This document shows positions 1-11,900 of a DNA stretch of 64,000 nt, one piece after another (the first letter of the stretch is position 1; each line of letters starts with the position of its first letter). The stretch is from Trichinella spiralis (lineage: Eukaryota), in contig NW_003526945.1 of NCBI RefSeq assembly GCF_000181795.1, positions 5,497,656-5,561,655 on the forward strand, read 5' to 3'. Under the pieces are notes generated by a model. The model searched no databases, was not told the DNA's origin, and saw only the letters and a list, made by a program, of their open reading frames with translations. A program made the position numbers and the translations under genes.

Positions 1-1810
1 GCCCAAATGGGGCGATCGACTGTCTTAATATATTCCATCACCTCTACACTACGTTATGATTCCAGGAAGAGGCTCATGCAAATTTTCATTGTTTGTTCTT
101 TGTACGCTTATTTAGCTTAAGTTTCTCTATTGATATAAACTTCTACGGCGTGTTGCAATGACTTCTCGACAGTTCGAAAGCGGAAAATTCCTGTATTAGC
201 AGGTTGGTTATTCCTTTATTGTGTATGTTTTTCTAAATTTAATTTTTCTGCATTTATAGAAAAATGCTGTAGACTTGATGTATATGAACAAAGAGAAGAT
301 GTTGTTGGTTTAGTAAACGTGTTTGTTATATCTTGAATTTTAATTTGAATTTTTGATAATATTTTTTTCTATAGTTTTCATAAATGTGATCTGTAACTTA
401 TTGTCATGTTTATTAATCGGTGTAGTTTATTGTAATTATAGAATGTCTCACCCTAAGTAAAATATGTGATTTTAGTAAATTGTATAGCTTATCACGTTTG
501 AACATACTATTAGCGTAGGAACGTTTAAACATCACAAACAATGTAATCAACAGTTATCAGAGAGTAATGCTACTAATGGAGATATTATTCTTTTACTATA
601 CATATAATTTCCTCTTTTTGAGATAAATTTTGTAATGCAAAACTATAATTCAGGTTCTCTTAAATTAAGGAAACATAAACATAGTACGACTGTAAGAAAG
701 TAATTAACTTATGTGAGGCGCAATGGAATAACTGTAGAAAGCGGGTTTTTATATTTTATAAATGGAATTTGAATCTCATCAATGAATGCTAATGTATGCC
801 GTGTTGGAAAGCAGTACGGTAAACGGAAGCTTTATTAGATAATATGGTTTTCAAATAGTCTAAAAATTTATTGAAAATTAATTAGAAAGTTTAAAATACA
901 ACGTTAGTGCATTACTATGACTTTTCATTGCTAATTAATAAGTTCGATTGCACTGCTTAGAAAATGGCATTCTTTTTTCAGTTTAAGCGACTGTTGTAAC
1001 TTTTCATATATGTTTGTAAAACATTGATTAGAATGCTTCAAACAATGGAATAGCAAAAATGAGATGTAATGTATTACATTAGAAACTAATAAGATGTTCT
1101 AATTCCGTAATTGTAACTAATCGTCAAATGTTTCGAAACTAATATAATATTGCGTAAGTACAAAGAAAAGATTCATTGCAAGAATTTTTTTGTTATTGTA
1201 TCGAATGTATTGCGATTCTACTAATTTAGGTTTCTTGACGATCAATTGAATGGAATTCCTGAAATTATTACTGCTACATGACCAAGTTGCCGGTTTGAGC
1301 ATTTGAAATTTATAGAATAAAAAGACTGCAATGTTGCACGAAATAGCTTTCTAATGTGATAATTTTGGTTAATTCTTATCTTTGAATTGTAATAAATCAA
1401 AAATATTCAGTGAACAAAGATTTTTAATTTTGAAACTTTCTGTTACTTTAATGAAAATCAGGAACAATTCTTATTAAAATCGATTCCTTTTTTCGGGTGA
1501 AAACATTCATAATTTTGTTCATAACATTTATAATGAACTCTGTAAAATATTTGAATAACAATTAGAAACTATTTGCCATACACAATTAAGTGTTCTGTTT
1601 CAATTTTGCAATTATCAAATTTGAATTAAAAAATAGCTTCTACTTTAAATAATTTAACATTATGAGTGTTACTTTAAAGAAGTCAGTGCTGTCATTTAAA
1701 CAAGTTTGAATGCCAAGTTGTTTAAACACTTTAAAGCATGAGTTACGTCTTGTATGCCGCGTTCTTTAGTTCTTATCAAAGTTCGAGCTTGATAGTTGCA
1801 TTAAATTGCG

Positions 1811-2041
1811 ATGTGGAAAGAAGGTACTTTCGCGCTTTTCGTGCTTTCTGCTTTGTGCGTGTTGGTCGCATTTGGGTATATGATTTACAGAGCAGTAAAG
1901 TTGGGGAAGAAGGAAAGAAAGAAGAAGATCCAGCAGACAAAGCAAAACGTGAATAAATTCCTTGACTTGCTACCACCACCGGGACAGACGGCGCCGTTGG
2001 ACAGTGAAATCCTTCAACAAATGCTTGAGCAGTCGTCATAA
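1811..2041 (+). CDS. Putative 76-aa single-pass membrane microprotein
   Basis: ORF MWKEGTFALFVLSALCVLVAFGYMIYRAVKLGKKERKKK... has a ~20-aa hydrophobic stretch followed by a strongly basic cluster; GC higher than flanks; in-frame TAA at 1802-1804 so ATG 1811 is the first possible start. No homologue recognised. Confidence 0.45.
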   Translation: MWKEGTFALFVLSALCVLVAFGYMIYRAVKLGKKERKKKIQQTKQNVNKFLDLLPPPGQTAPLDSEILQQMLEQSS

Positions 2042-3307
2042 AAGCTGATTCGATCAGCAGCACTGTTTTCAATATTCGCTTTCTATAAATAATTTCAATA
2101 GAAATGTTGTTCTTTGTTTTAATGTTAAAAATTCTTGAAAATAAAATTTACTATATTTTGTTTTGTTTTTAAATAGATTTAATGGAAATTTTCAAATTTG
2201 TAAGCACTGCTATATACATTTTTGCCTTAGAATTAGCAGTTTTTGTGGTTAGGGCTTAAAAATGAAAATCCAGTCGTTGAAACGGCAAGAAATGGGAAAA
2301 TATTGTTACACAGCTTAATCATTTCCTTTCTAGCGCTGCTTTGATAGTTAATTTTTGAAATTCAGCTGTTGCTGAAAATTCTCTCTTCTGCATAAAATTC
2401 AACATGACGAACACACACGTTTATCCAAACGTTCTTGAATTCGCATATGAATGTTCATTTGTCAAAATTCATAATTTTATTTCTCTTCAACGGAATTCAA
2501 TATAAAAATTGAATTATTGTATTACGTTTTTAATTTAATTATCAACACTTCAGAAGTATTTGTTTAATAAAAATTTACATAATTTCAAAATCATGGCACA
2601 ACGAATGATGTTACGCTTTACTATCATTCTGTGAAAACTCTATTATTCAATCGACGTGCATAAACAGATGAACAGTTAAATGTTTTGGACTGCTTTTCGA
2701 TAAGATGATTGAATTTGTGCTTAGGTAGTGTTGAAAATTTTCCGGCTTAATTTCTGATGGTCATTAACAAGTGTCTTTTGTCTGCTTTTTGGGAAAAGCA
2801 TATTTCTTTTCTGTTAATATTTTATCGTGTTGAGCTATTTGATAGATGTCAAACATTCAGTAATTCAGCTTCAGGGATAGCAGAGGTTAGTAATTAGATA
2901 GATCAGCCCAATTATGTGATAGGCGGAAGAATGACTCTTTCGCAATTTCCATATGCAGCTAATTGAAGCTGAATTCAAGCACCACTAGTGACGTATCAAC
3001 AATTTTTATTAAAGTACATTCCTTTTTTCAGGTGACAACATGGATAGTTTTTTTGTTTCAATTAATGACACTATTCCATATGCACATTTTTTAACTTTTA
3101 TTTTTTATTCTTTTTCATTTCGACTTCGTTAAAATCCTATTTTAAGTTTCAGGTTCTTTGATATATCTCAAGAAGTACGCAATCACGAACGGTCCGGATT
3201 CGTTTATAATACTTATCGAATAATTGTCTACCGATATAAATCAATTCACTTAATTTTTGGGAAAAAATATTTTTTTTTGAAAATTCAAAGTTCATGAGCT
3301 ATAGAAT

Positions 3308-3317
3308 NNNNNNNNNN
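3308..3317. other. Assembly gap (10 N)
   Basis: Run of n in the sequence, directly abutting the tandem array. Confidence 0.99.
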
Positions 3318-6300
3318 GTGTCCATCACAGAAGAATCTCCTTTAAATCGCCGATGTTCATGTACCGGAATCATCCTCTCAGATACCAAACTCGTATGGGA
3401 TGCATGAGCAATGTGTGGTATACCAAAATCCCAATGCCAACGGTGTGCGAGACGGTCGTGGGCCGTTTCCAATGTTCTAGCAGCTGGTTACTTGTTGACC
3501 AATAGCTGTAATCTGATATGCCGCTGGGTGTCCATTATAAAGGAATCTTCCTGAAATTCTGGTAGGAGACGTAGTAGAATCATCTTCTGCAATGCTGAAC
3601 TTGTAACGGGCTGCTTCCTCCAGCATGCTCGTCCGCTTCTTCCACCAGATTATTGGCGCGTGCGTCGCTATTTGGCGACAGGCCGGTATTAACCGGCGCA
3701 TTTCCTTTCCGCACTTCCGTCTTGCGCTTTCCTGATGGCATAGCGACGATCAAACGACAAACAATGAGTATATACTTCATTAAACAATCAAAAGCAATGA
3801 CCGACAACGATGATAAACCGAAAACGCTTCCTTCCACTTGCCAACTCCACCGTACGCATGTCAAGACCAATACTACCGTAATCCGCCTCCGATCTTCATG
3901 TCCAATTCTTCCTACGGTAGCTTTAGTTTTCCTCCTCTTCGTTTTCTGCAGGAATAATTTCGCTAGTTCGGTCCATGTCCGCTACATACTCGTGGATGCC
4001 ATATCAACGACTGGGATAAAAATTCAGAATCCCAAGTCTGATATTGTACGGGAATTCTACGGCACATTCACACTGATGCAGCGGCTGTTCACGTGTTAAC
4101 CGAAAGAAGTTTGCATACCGCTGATATCTGCCAAATTCTATTCACATATACGGCTGCAATTCATACATAACTTCGTTAAATATTGGAAGTTGGTGTACCA
4201 GAATCATCCTCTGAGATGACAAACTAGTATGAGATGCATGAGCAATGGGTGGAAGACCAAAATCCCAATGCCAACGGTGTGCGAGACGGTAGTGGGCCCT
4301 TTCCAATGTTCTAGCAGCTGGTTACTTGTTGACCAATAGCTGTAATCTGATATGCCGCTGGGTGTACATTATAAAGGAATCTTCCTGAAATTCTGGTAGG
4401 AGACGTAGTAGAATCAGCTTCTGCAATGCTGAACTTGTAACGGGCTGCTTCCTCCAGCATGCTCGTCCGCTTCTTCCACCAGATTATTGGCGCGTGCGTC
4501 GCTATTTGGTGACAGGACGGTATTAACCGGCGCATTTCCTTTCCGCACTTCCGTCTTGCGCTTTCCTGATGGCATAGCGAAGATCAAATGACAAACAATG
4601 AGTATACACTTCATTAAACAATCAAAAGCAATGACCGACAACGATGATAAACCGAAAACGCTTCCTTCCACTTGCCAACTCCACCGTACGAATGTCAAGA
4701 CCAATACTACCGTAATCCGCCTCCGATCTTCATGTCCAATTCTTCCTACGGTAGCTTTAGTTTTCCTCCTCTTCGTTTTCTGCAGGAATAATTTCGCTAG
4801 TTCGGTCCATGTCCGCTACATACTCGTAGATGCCATATCAACGACTGGGATAAAAATTCAGAATCCCAAGTCTGATATTGTACGGGAATTCTACGGCACA
4901 TTCACACTGATGCAGCGGCTGTTCACGTGTTAACCGAAAGAAGTTTGCATACCGCTGATATCTGCCAAATTCTATTCACATATACGGCTGCAATTCATAC
5001 ATAACTTCGTTAAATATTGGAAGTTGGTGTACCAGAATCATCCTCTGAGATGACAAACTAGTATGAGATGCATGAGCAATGGGTGGAAGACCAAAATCCC
5101 AATGCCAACGGTGTGCGAGACGGTCGTGGGCCGTTTCCAATGTTCTAGCAGCTGGTTGCTTGTTGACCAATAGCTGTAATCTGATATGCCGCTGGGTGTC
5201 CATTATAAAGGAATCTTCCTGAAATTCTGGTCGAAGACGCATAAGAATCATCTTCTGCAATGTCGAACTCGTAGAGGCCATATGAGCGACTGGGATAAAA
5301 ATGCATAATCCCAAGTGTGATATTGTACCGGAATTCTACGGCACATTCACACTGATGCAGCGGCTGTTCACGTGTTAACGGAAAGAAGTACGCAGACCGC
5401 TGATATTTGCCAAATTCTATTCACACATACGGCTGCGTGTCCATCACAGAAGAATCTCCTTTAAATCGCCGATGTTCATGTACCAGAATCATCCTCTCAG
5501 ATGACAAACTAGTATGAGATGCATGAGCAATGGGTGGAAGACCAAAATCCCAATGCCAACGGTGTGCGAGACGGTCGTGGGCCGTTGCCAATGTTCTAGC
5601 AGCTGGTTACTTGATGACCAATAGCTGTAAACTGATATGCCGCTGGGTGTCCATTATTAGGGAATCTTCCTGAAATTCTGGTCGGAGACGTAGAAGAATC
5701 ATCTTCTGCAATGTCGAACTCGTAGAGGCCATATGAGCGACTGGGATAAAAATGCAGAATCCCAAGTGTGATATTGTACCGGAATTCTACGGCACATTCA
5801 CACTGATGCAGCGGCTGTTCACGTGTTAACGGAAAGAAGTACGCAGACCGCTGATATTTGCCAAATTCTATTCACACATACGGCTGCGTGTCCATCACAG
5901 AAGAATCTCCTTTAAATCGCTGATGTTCATGTACCAGAATCATCCTCTCAGATGACAAACTAGTATGAGATGCATGAGCAATGGGTGGAAGACCAAAATC
6001 CCAATGCCAACGGTGTGCGAGACGGTCGTGGGCCGTTTCCAATGTTCTAGCAGCTGGTTACTTGTTGACCAATAGCTGTAATCTGATATGCCGCTGGGTG
6101 TACATTATAAAGGAATCTTCCTGAAATTCTGGTAGGAGACGTAGTAGAATCAGCTTCTGCAATGCTGAACTTGTAACGGGCTGCTTCCTCCAGCATGCTC
6201 GTCCGCTTATTCCACCAGATTATTGGCGCGTGCGTCGCTATTTGGCGACAGGACGGTATTAACCGGCGCATTTCCTTTCCGCACTTCCGTCTTGCGCTTT

Positions 6301-7420
6301 CCTGATGGCATAGCGACGATCAAATGACAAACAATGAGTATACACTTCATTAAACAATCAAAAGCAATGACCGACAACGATGATAAACCGAAAACGCTTC
6401 CTTCCACTTGCCAACTCCACCGTACGCATGTCAAGACCAATACTACCGTAATCCGCCTCCGATCTTCATGTCCAATTCTTCCTACGGTAGCTTTAGTTTT
6501 CCTCCTCTTCGTTTTCTGCAGGAATAATTTCGCTAGTTCGGTCCATGTCCGCTACATACTCGTAGATGCCATATCAACGACTGGGATAAAAATTCAGAAT
6601 CCCAAGTCTGATATTGTACGGGAATTCTACGGCACATTCACACTGATGCAGCGGCTGTTCACGTGTTAACCGAAAGAAGTTTGCATACCGCTGATATCTG
6701 CCAAATTCTATTCACATATACGGCTGCAATTCATACATAACTTCGTTAAATATTGGAAGTTGGTGTACCAGAATCATCCTCTGAGATGACAAACTAGTAT
6801 GAGATGCATGAGCAATGGGTGGAAGAACAAAATCCCAATGCCAACGGTGTGCGAGACGGTCGTGGGCCGTTTCCAATGTTCTAGCAGCTGGTTACTTGTT
6901 GACCAATAGCTGTAAACTGATATGCCGCTGGGTGTCCATTATTAGGGAATCTTCCTGAAATTCTGGTCGGAGACGTAGAAGAATCATCTTCTGCAATGTC
7001 GAACTCGTAGAGGCCATATGAGCGACTGGGATAAAAATGCAGAATCCCAAGTGTAATATTGTACCGGAATTCTACGGCACATTCACACTGATGCAGCGGC
7101 TGTTCACGTGTTAACGGAAAGAAGTACGCAGACCGCTGATATTTGCCAAATTCTATTCACACATACGGCTGCGTGTCCATCACAGAAGAATCTCCTTTAA
7201 ATCGCTGATGTTCATGTACCAGAATCATCCTCTCAGATGACAAACTAGTATGAGATGCATGAGCAATGGGTGGAATACCAAAATCCCAATGCCAACGATG
7301 TGCGAGATGGTCGTGGGCCGTTTCCAATGTTCTAGCAGCTGGTTACTTGTTGACCGAAAGAAGTTTTCACACCGCTGATTCCTGTCAAGCTGTCATCCCG
7401 TATACAGCTAGGTGTCCAGT
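3318..7420. repeat. Complex tandem array of 834-bp (L) and 451-bp (S) units, order (gap, S tail) L L S S L S then a diverged terminal unit
   Basis: Anchor CATCCTCT(C/G)AGAT recurs at 3371, 4205, 5039, 5490, 5941, 6775, 7226 (spacings 834, 834, 451, 451, 834, 451). One GAATTC per unit at 4052, 4886, 5331, 5782, 6622, 7067. Confidence 0.97.
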
Positions 7421-8909
7421 ACAATGTGGAAACGCTTTTCTTGCAGTAACTCGTTTCTTCTGTAGCAACCTGATAATCAAGTATTAATATACGGTGTTTT
7501 GTGTTGCCTGGTTATGTTGTGTACCGTTTGCTGACTTAATTGTAATATTATTGTTAATATTATTAAAGTTTTTTTTGATGGGGTTTTGTTGAGTATGTTA
7601 ACTTACTGTGATTTTTAATCAAGATGCGGCTTTAACCGTGATGTCCAGCAGATCTGATCTTCAGGTTCTTTCAGCGAAATGGAAAGTAGTAGGCGGTGCA
7701 ACTTGTATTTTTCAATTAGTCTAATGCTTTTCACATGATGGGAAAACTGCGCAATTTTTATGTCATTTTGCTTCACGAATGAAAACAATGGAATTGTCAA
7801 TAGTAAGGACAAGCAAAGAGTTCAGACAATTGCTTCACTTCTTCAAGCACTTTTAGTTTAGTACTTACTTGATAATTTTTTTGGATTTTTTTCGTTCCTA
7901 TGCAGTCCGGGAGAGTCATCCACGTGGTATGAATGAATCGTAACTCCATTGCTATTGCTCTGCTGTCAAGTGTTGAAGGCGTGGCTGCCTCTGCCCGGTG
8001 CTCCTAACTACATCTGTTTTGGACGCCTGTTTCCATTGAACTATCTGACTCGATGGACAGAAACGAGGACATCGTAGCACTTACTGTATAATTTACTGTT
8101 TTTTCCACATACAGTTGGCTGCTGAAGAGGCGAAAAATTTGCCAAACAGTAGGGCAGGATTTGACGTTTGATGACATCTTGGATCGATGCGGCTGCGTGG
8201 CACCCCCATGCACCTGACTCTCCGGAAGCTAGCCGCAGCGCGGAATTTTCAACGTTGTCAGTTGCGCTTAAAAGATTTTTTTAGATTCATTGTGATTAAT
8301 TTCTACGCTTCATACGCTACTTTTCTATCCTCTTTAACGCTCCTGATTGTTTTTTCTTTTGCATCCGTATTATTTAATAGAACTATTGAAGGATGCATAT
8401 TTTTGTCAGGTTGACTGGATTGAATTATATTTTCAGCCGTTGTTTTTCTGCTGCCATTATTGTTGTTGAAATAATTGAAATTAATTAATTTGTGATCTAC
8501 TAAATGAATTCGGTTATTTGCTACCGGACCTGGGGAAAACCTTTTAAGTATATTTGTTACGTGGCACAGATAGCACATTATTATATTAACCATAAATTAA
8601 CCGCGTGAACATAGTCGATTGGAAGTGTGTGGACGTGTTCGTATCGTAGTGTTTGTTCGTGTCTATTGGCTGCTTAATAAAGATTTTGCATATTATTTTG
8701 TGATTGGTGTACGTTGTTGACAACAATTAAAAGTTCCATTATTGATTCTTTATTTTTCAAAAATTTAATATGATCCATGACGGCAGTTTATTTACAGCAA
8801 ATGTGGATAAAACGCAAAACACTTTAAAACTAGTTGTGCTGTTATAAAAATAATTATGTGTGATAAAACAGAAGCAGGTATAGTTTTTTATCGCGGTAAA
8901 ATTGAGAAT

Positions 8910-11900
8910 TTATAAATTTTCTTGTAAAAAATGAAGAATAGTTGCCGACATATGTTCTATAGCACTGGCTCTTCTTAAACCATGTCGTTCATTGGGAAAT
9001 ATCTTTAGTTGGTACGGTTTGCCAGCGCTGATCATTGCTTCGATTAACAACGCAGTGTGCTTGAAATGGACATTTTGATCTTTCAAACCGTGCATTAAGA
9101 GCAAACGATTGGGTTCGTCTGGAAGTAAGCTTATAGAATTTAACAGCGACGCTTTGTTATAATTATCTTCGTGCTCTTCCGGCATGCCCATGTAACGTTC
9201 TGTATATGCTGAGTCGTACAGGTGCCAGTCAACTACTGGTGCACCGGAAATTGCTATCTGAAATGGAATAGAAAAGCTTCCTCAGAATACTGTTGCGGGA
9301 AATTTCTTATTTTTCTGCGCTAAAATTGCATCCGAAGTTTTGTAACCTATTTGACTTGAAATTTGAATGCCGCAAATAAAATGTAAAGTTCGAAACAATT
9401 GAGAAATAAATATAAAAGAAGTTATTCGCAGATCGTTATACGCACAAATTATACAAGAAATGATGCAAACAAAAAAGTAGAAATTGCAATTTCTGTTTAA
9501 ATTAAATAACACATTATGATGATCATCGCTAAATTAGAATAAAGTACGACCTACTTTGAAGAGATTAGGATGCTTGGCCAAGGCATTTATTGCTAAATAA
9601 CCGCCTAAAAGAATAATTGCTAAAAATTCTGAGAAGAAATAGAAGAAAAAATGAACAAACCATACGACCAGCCCATCACTACCACTCGCTTCATGTCTAT
9701 GCATTTGTTTTGCGAAGCGACGTAACGCAATGCGTGCACTTGATCCTCAATCTCGACACATCCCTGAACATGTGAATAAGGTAAGAGAAAAAAACAAAAA
9801 GAAGTAGAAGAAGAAGAAAAAGAAGGAGATAAGCAATGAAAAAGGCCTTATCAAATTTTACCATTCTGCCACCGATGGCAATTTCCAATTGTTTCCCTCG
9901 ATACGCAGAACCACGACCGTCCACAACCAGAACAACATATCCCATTTTCATAAATAACGGCAAACAAAGGAAGCTGAAATGAGTGGATCATTTTTCAAAT
10001 TTTCCAATTCACAAAAAGTCGACAAAACCCAAAACGCCAATGAAGAAGTGCACATACGTGGGCCAACAATTGCGTACCATTTGCGCGCATGGTCCGCCGT
10101 AAACGAACAATATGGTCGGACGGGGCGTGGCAACGGCCACATTGGACGGAGTAAATAGCATACATTGCAACTGATATCCACCGTCGGGACCTTCACATTC
10201 CAACAACTGTGGCGGTGACACTTCGCTGGTAAAACGACTCCAAATTGATTCGTGAAATATTCGAACGGGCGGCGGCAGTGGACAAACACCATTCTGAAAG
10301 TAGAGAATACTTGCATATTTTCACTAGTGGAACAATAATTTCACAAACAAAACACCTCCCTCCACGTACCATCGCTGGATACGGCGCCACCGATATAATA
10401 AGATGGGATGCAGCAGATGGCAGCACGTATTTCAGGTCGTTCGAGAAGAACGTCTCAAATTTTAACGCATATATAACACATTCGCCGGGAGTGACGAAAT
10501 TTGAACGAAAAACTGCCAACAGTGTATAATCGTTGCTAAAACCGAATGGATTCCCTTCGTCTGTGTTGCCGTAAAAACTGCCCAACGTGGAAATGCGTAT
10601 CGGCTTCGTCGTTGGACAAATGTAACTCGTCGCATAACTAAACGGCGCAAAATTACACCAATCAGCTAAGACAGGCTTTACTTCTACTGAGCTATTGCTT
10701 GAAACGTTTGTTAAATTAAATTTAAAGTCGAAAATTGATTAGCAAAACATCCATATGAACAAAAATTAACTATAAAAATTATACAACAAAATGCAAGTCT
10801 AAATCTATATGAATGTACTTACAGATGAGATTCAAGAGGATTATCAGCGAAGCCAAGAAAATAGATCAAACTTCGTTTCTCATCAACGCTCACCTGAAAA
10901 TAAAAGTTGACCAAAAAAACAACGAAAAATGCCATTCAATAAGATAAATGCAAACTGAAGGCAAAATTCCAACATTCATTACAACGTTCGAATTAGTACT
11001 CGTCGAAAAAAAACAGAAAAATTCTGAATATTATGCTATTTTTAAAAATTCATCACCCCTGAATTTCAACCCCATTCTCTCTGTGAGCTTCGAAGTTTTT
11101 CCTTTTATGATTACTCAGAAATTAAAACAAATGAAAAAAAAATTCCCGCATGCCAAAATCGCTAACTTGCCTGCATATCCGAGAAAACATCCCACTGGCC
11201 GAATGTGAGCTGCTTCTCTGACAGTACCGTAGGCGTAGTGTCCAACGTCGGCGTGCCGAAATTTTCTTCCACTGAGGCTGTTCGTCGACTTTCGACTAAA
11301 TACAAGTGACGGTAGTCTGTTTTCCATGAGCACCAGATAAAACGCACCGTATCCGGACTAACAGGAGTCAAGAATTTAATTCCAAAATGATTCTGAAAAA
11401 ATGATAAATTTGTCCAGTGGACCCAATGGTGACCCAAACGAACAGCAAACGACAGCAAAATCTTCCGCTTACCGGGATCCAAGTGTCCGACTCTTCCGTG
11501 TAAAGGAAGACCAAATGCTTCTGGGCATCGGCTTTGCGAACGTCGTTGTTGTCAGCGCAGTCGTTGGGCAGAAACCATTCCAAAGGAATGCAAATGACCG
11601 AAACGCGCCGCTGTAAACGATCCATCACTTTCAGCCAGATGCTGTTTGAAACAAGCGGTCGAACAGAATTAAATTTCATTTTGATTAGCAAAATAATGCG
11701 GTAACTTTCGCTTACGCGCTTCCGTCTGGCAACCAGCCGGCATTCACCAAATATTCCGCCCAAGGAACCAATTTGATCAGTCGTTCTGGAAAATTACGCT
11801 CCCACACTTCGACCTGAAATTGGTGGTGAAATTCAACATGCTCCAAAAATTCCACTTCATTCACGTCTATCAAACAAAAGCCGATGGCAAAAATCATACA

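Noticed and set aside
3477..6669. Recurrent 74-148 aa ORFs on both strands of the array
   Set aside because: They recur only because the DNA is repeated; copies differ by stops and no family motif is recognisable.
3318..7420. CRISPR-like array interpretation
   Set aside because: Units are hundreds of bp, linkers come in two fixed types rather than unique spacers, no cas genes, eukaryotic context.
7900..8260. GC-richer block with acceptor-like CAG and a short Cys-containing frame (WLLKRRKICQ...CGCVAPPCT*)
   Set aside because: Could not build a consistent gene model or recognise a homologue.
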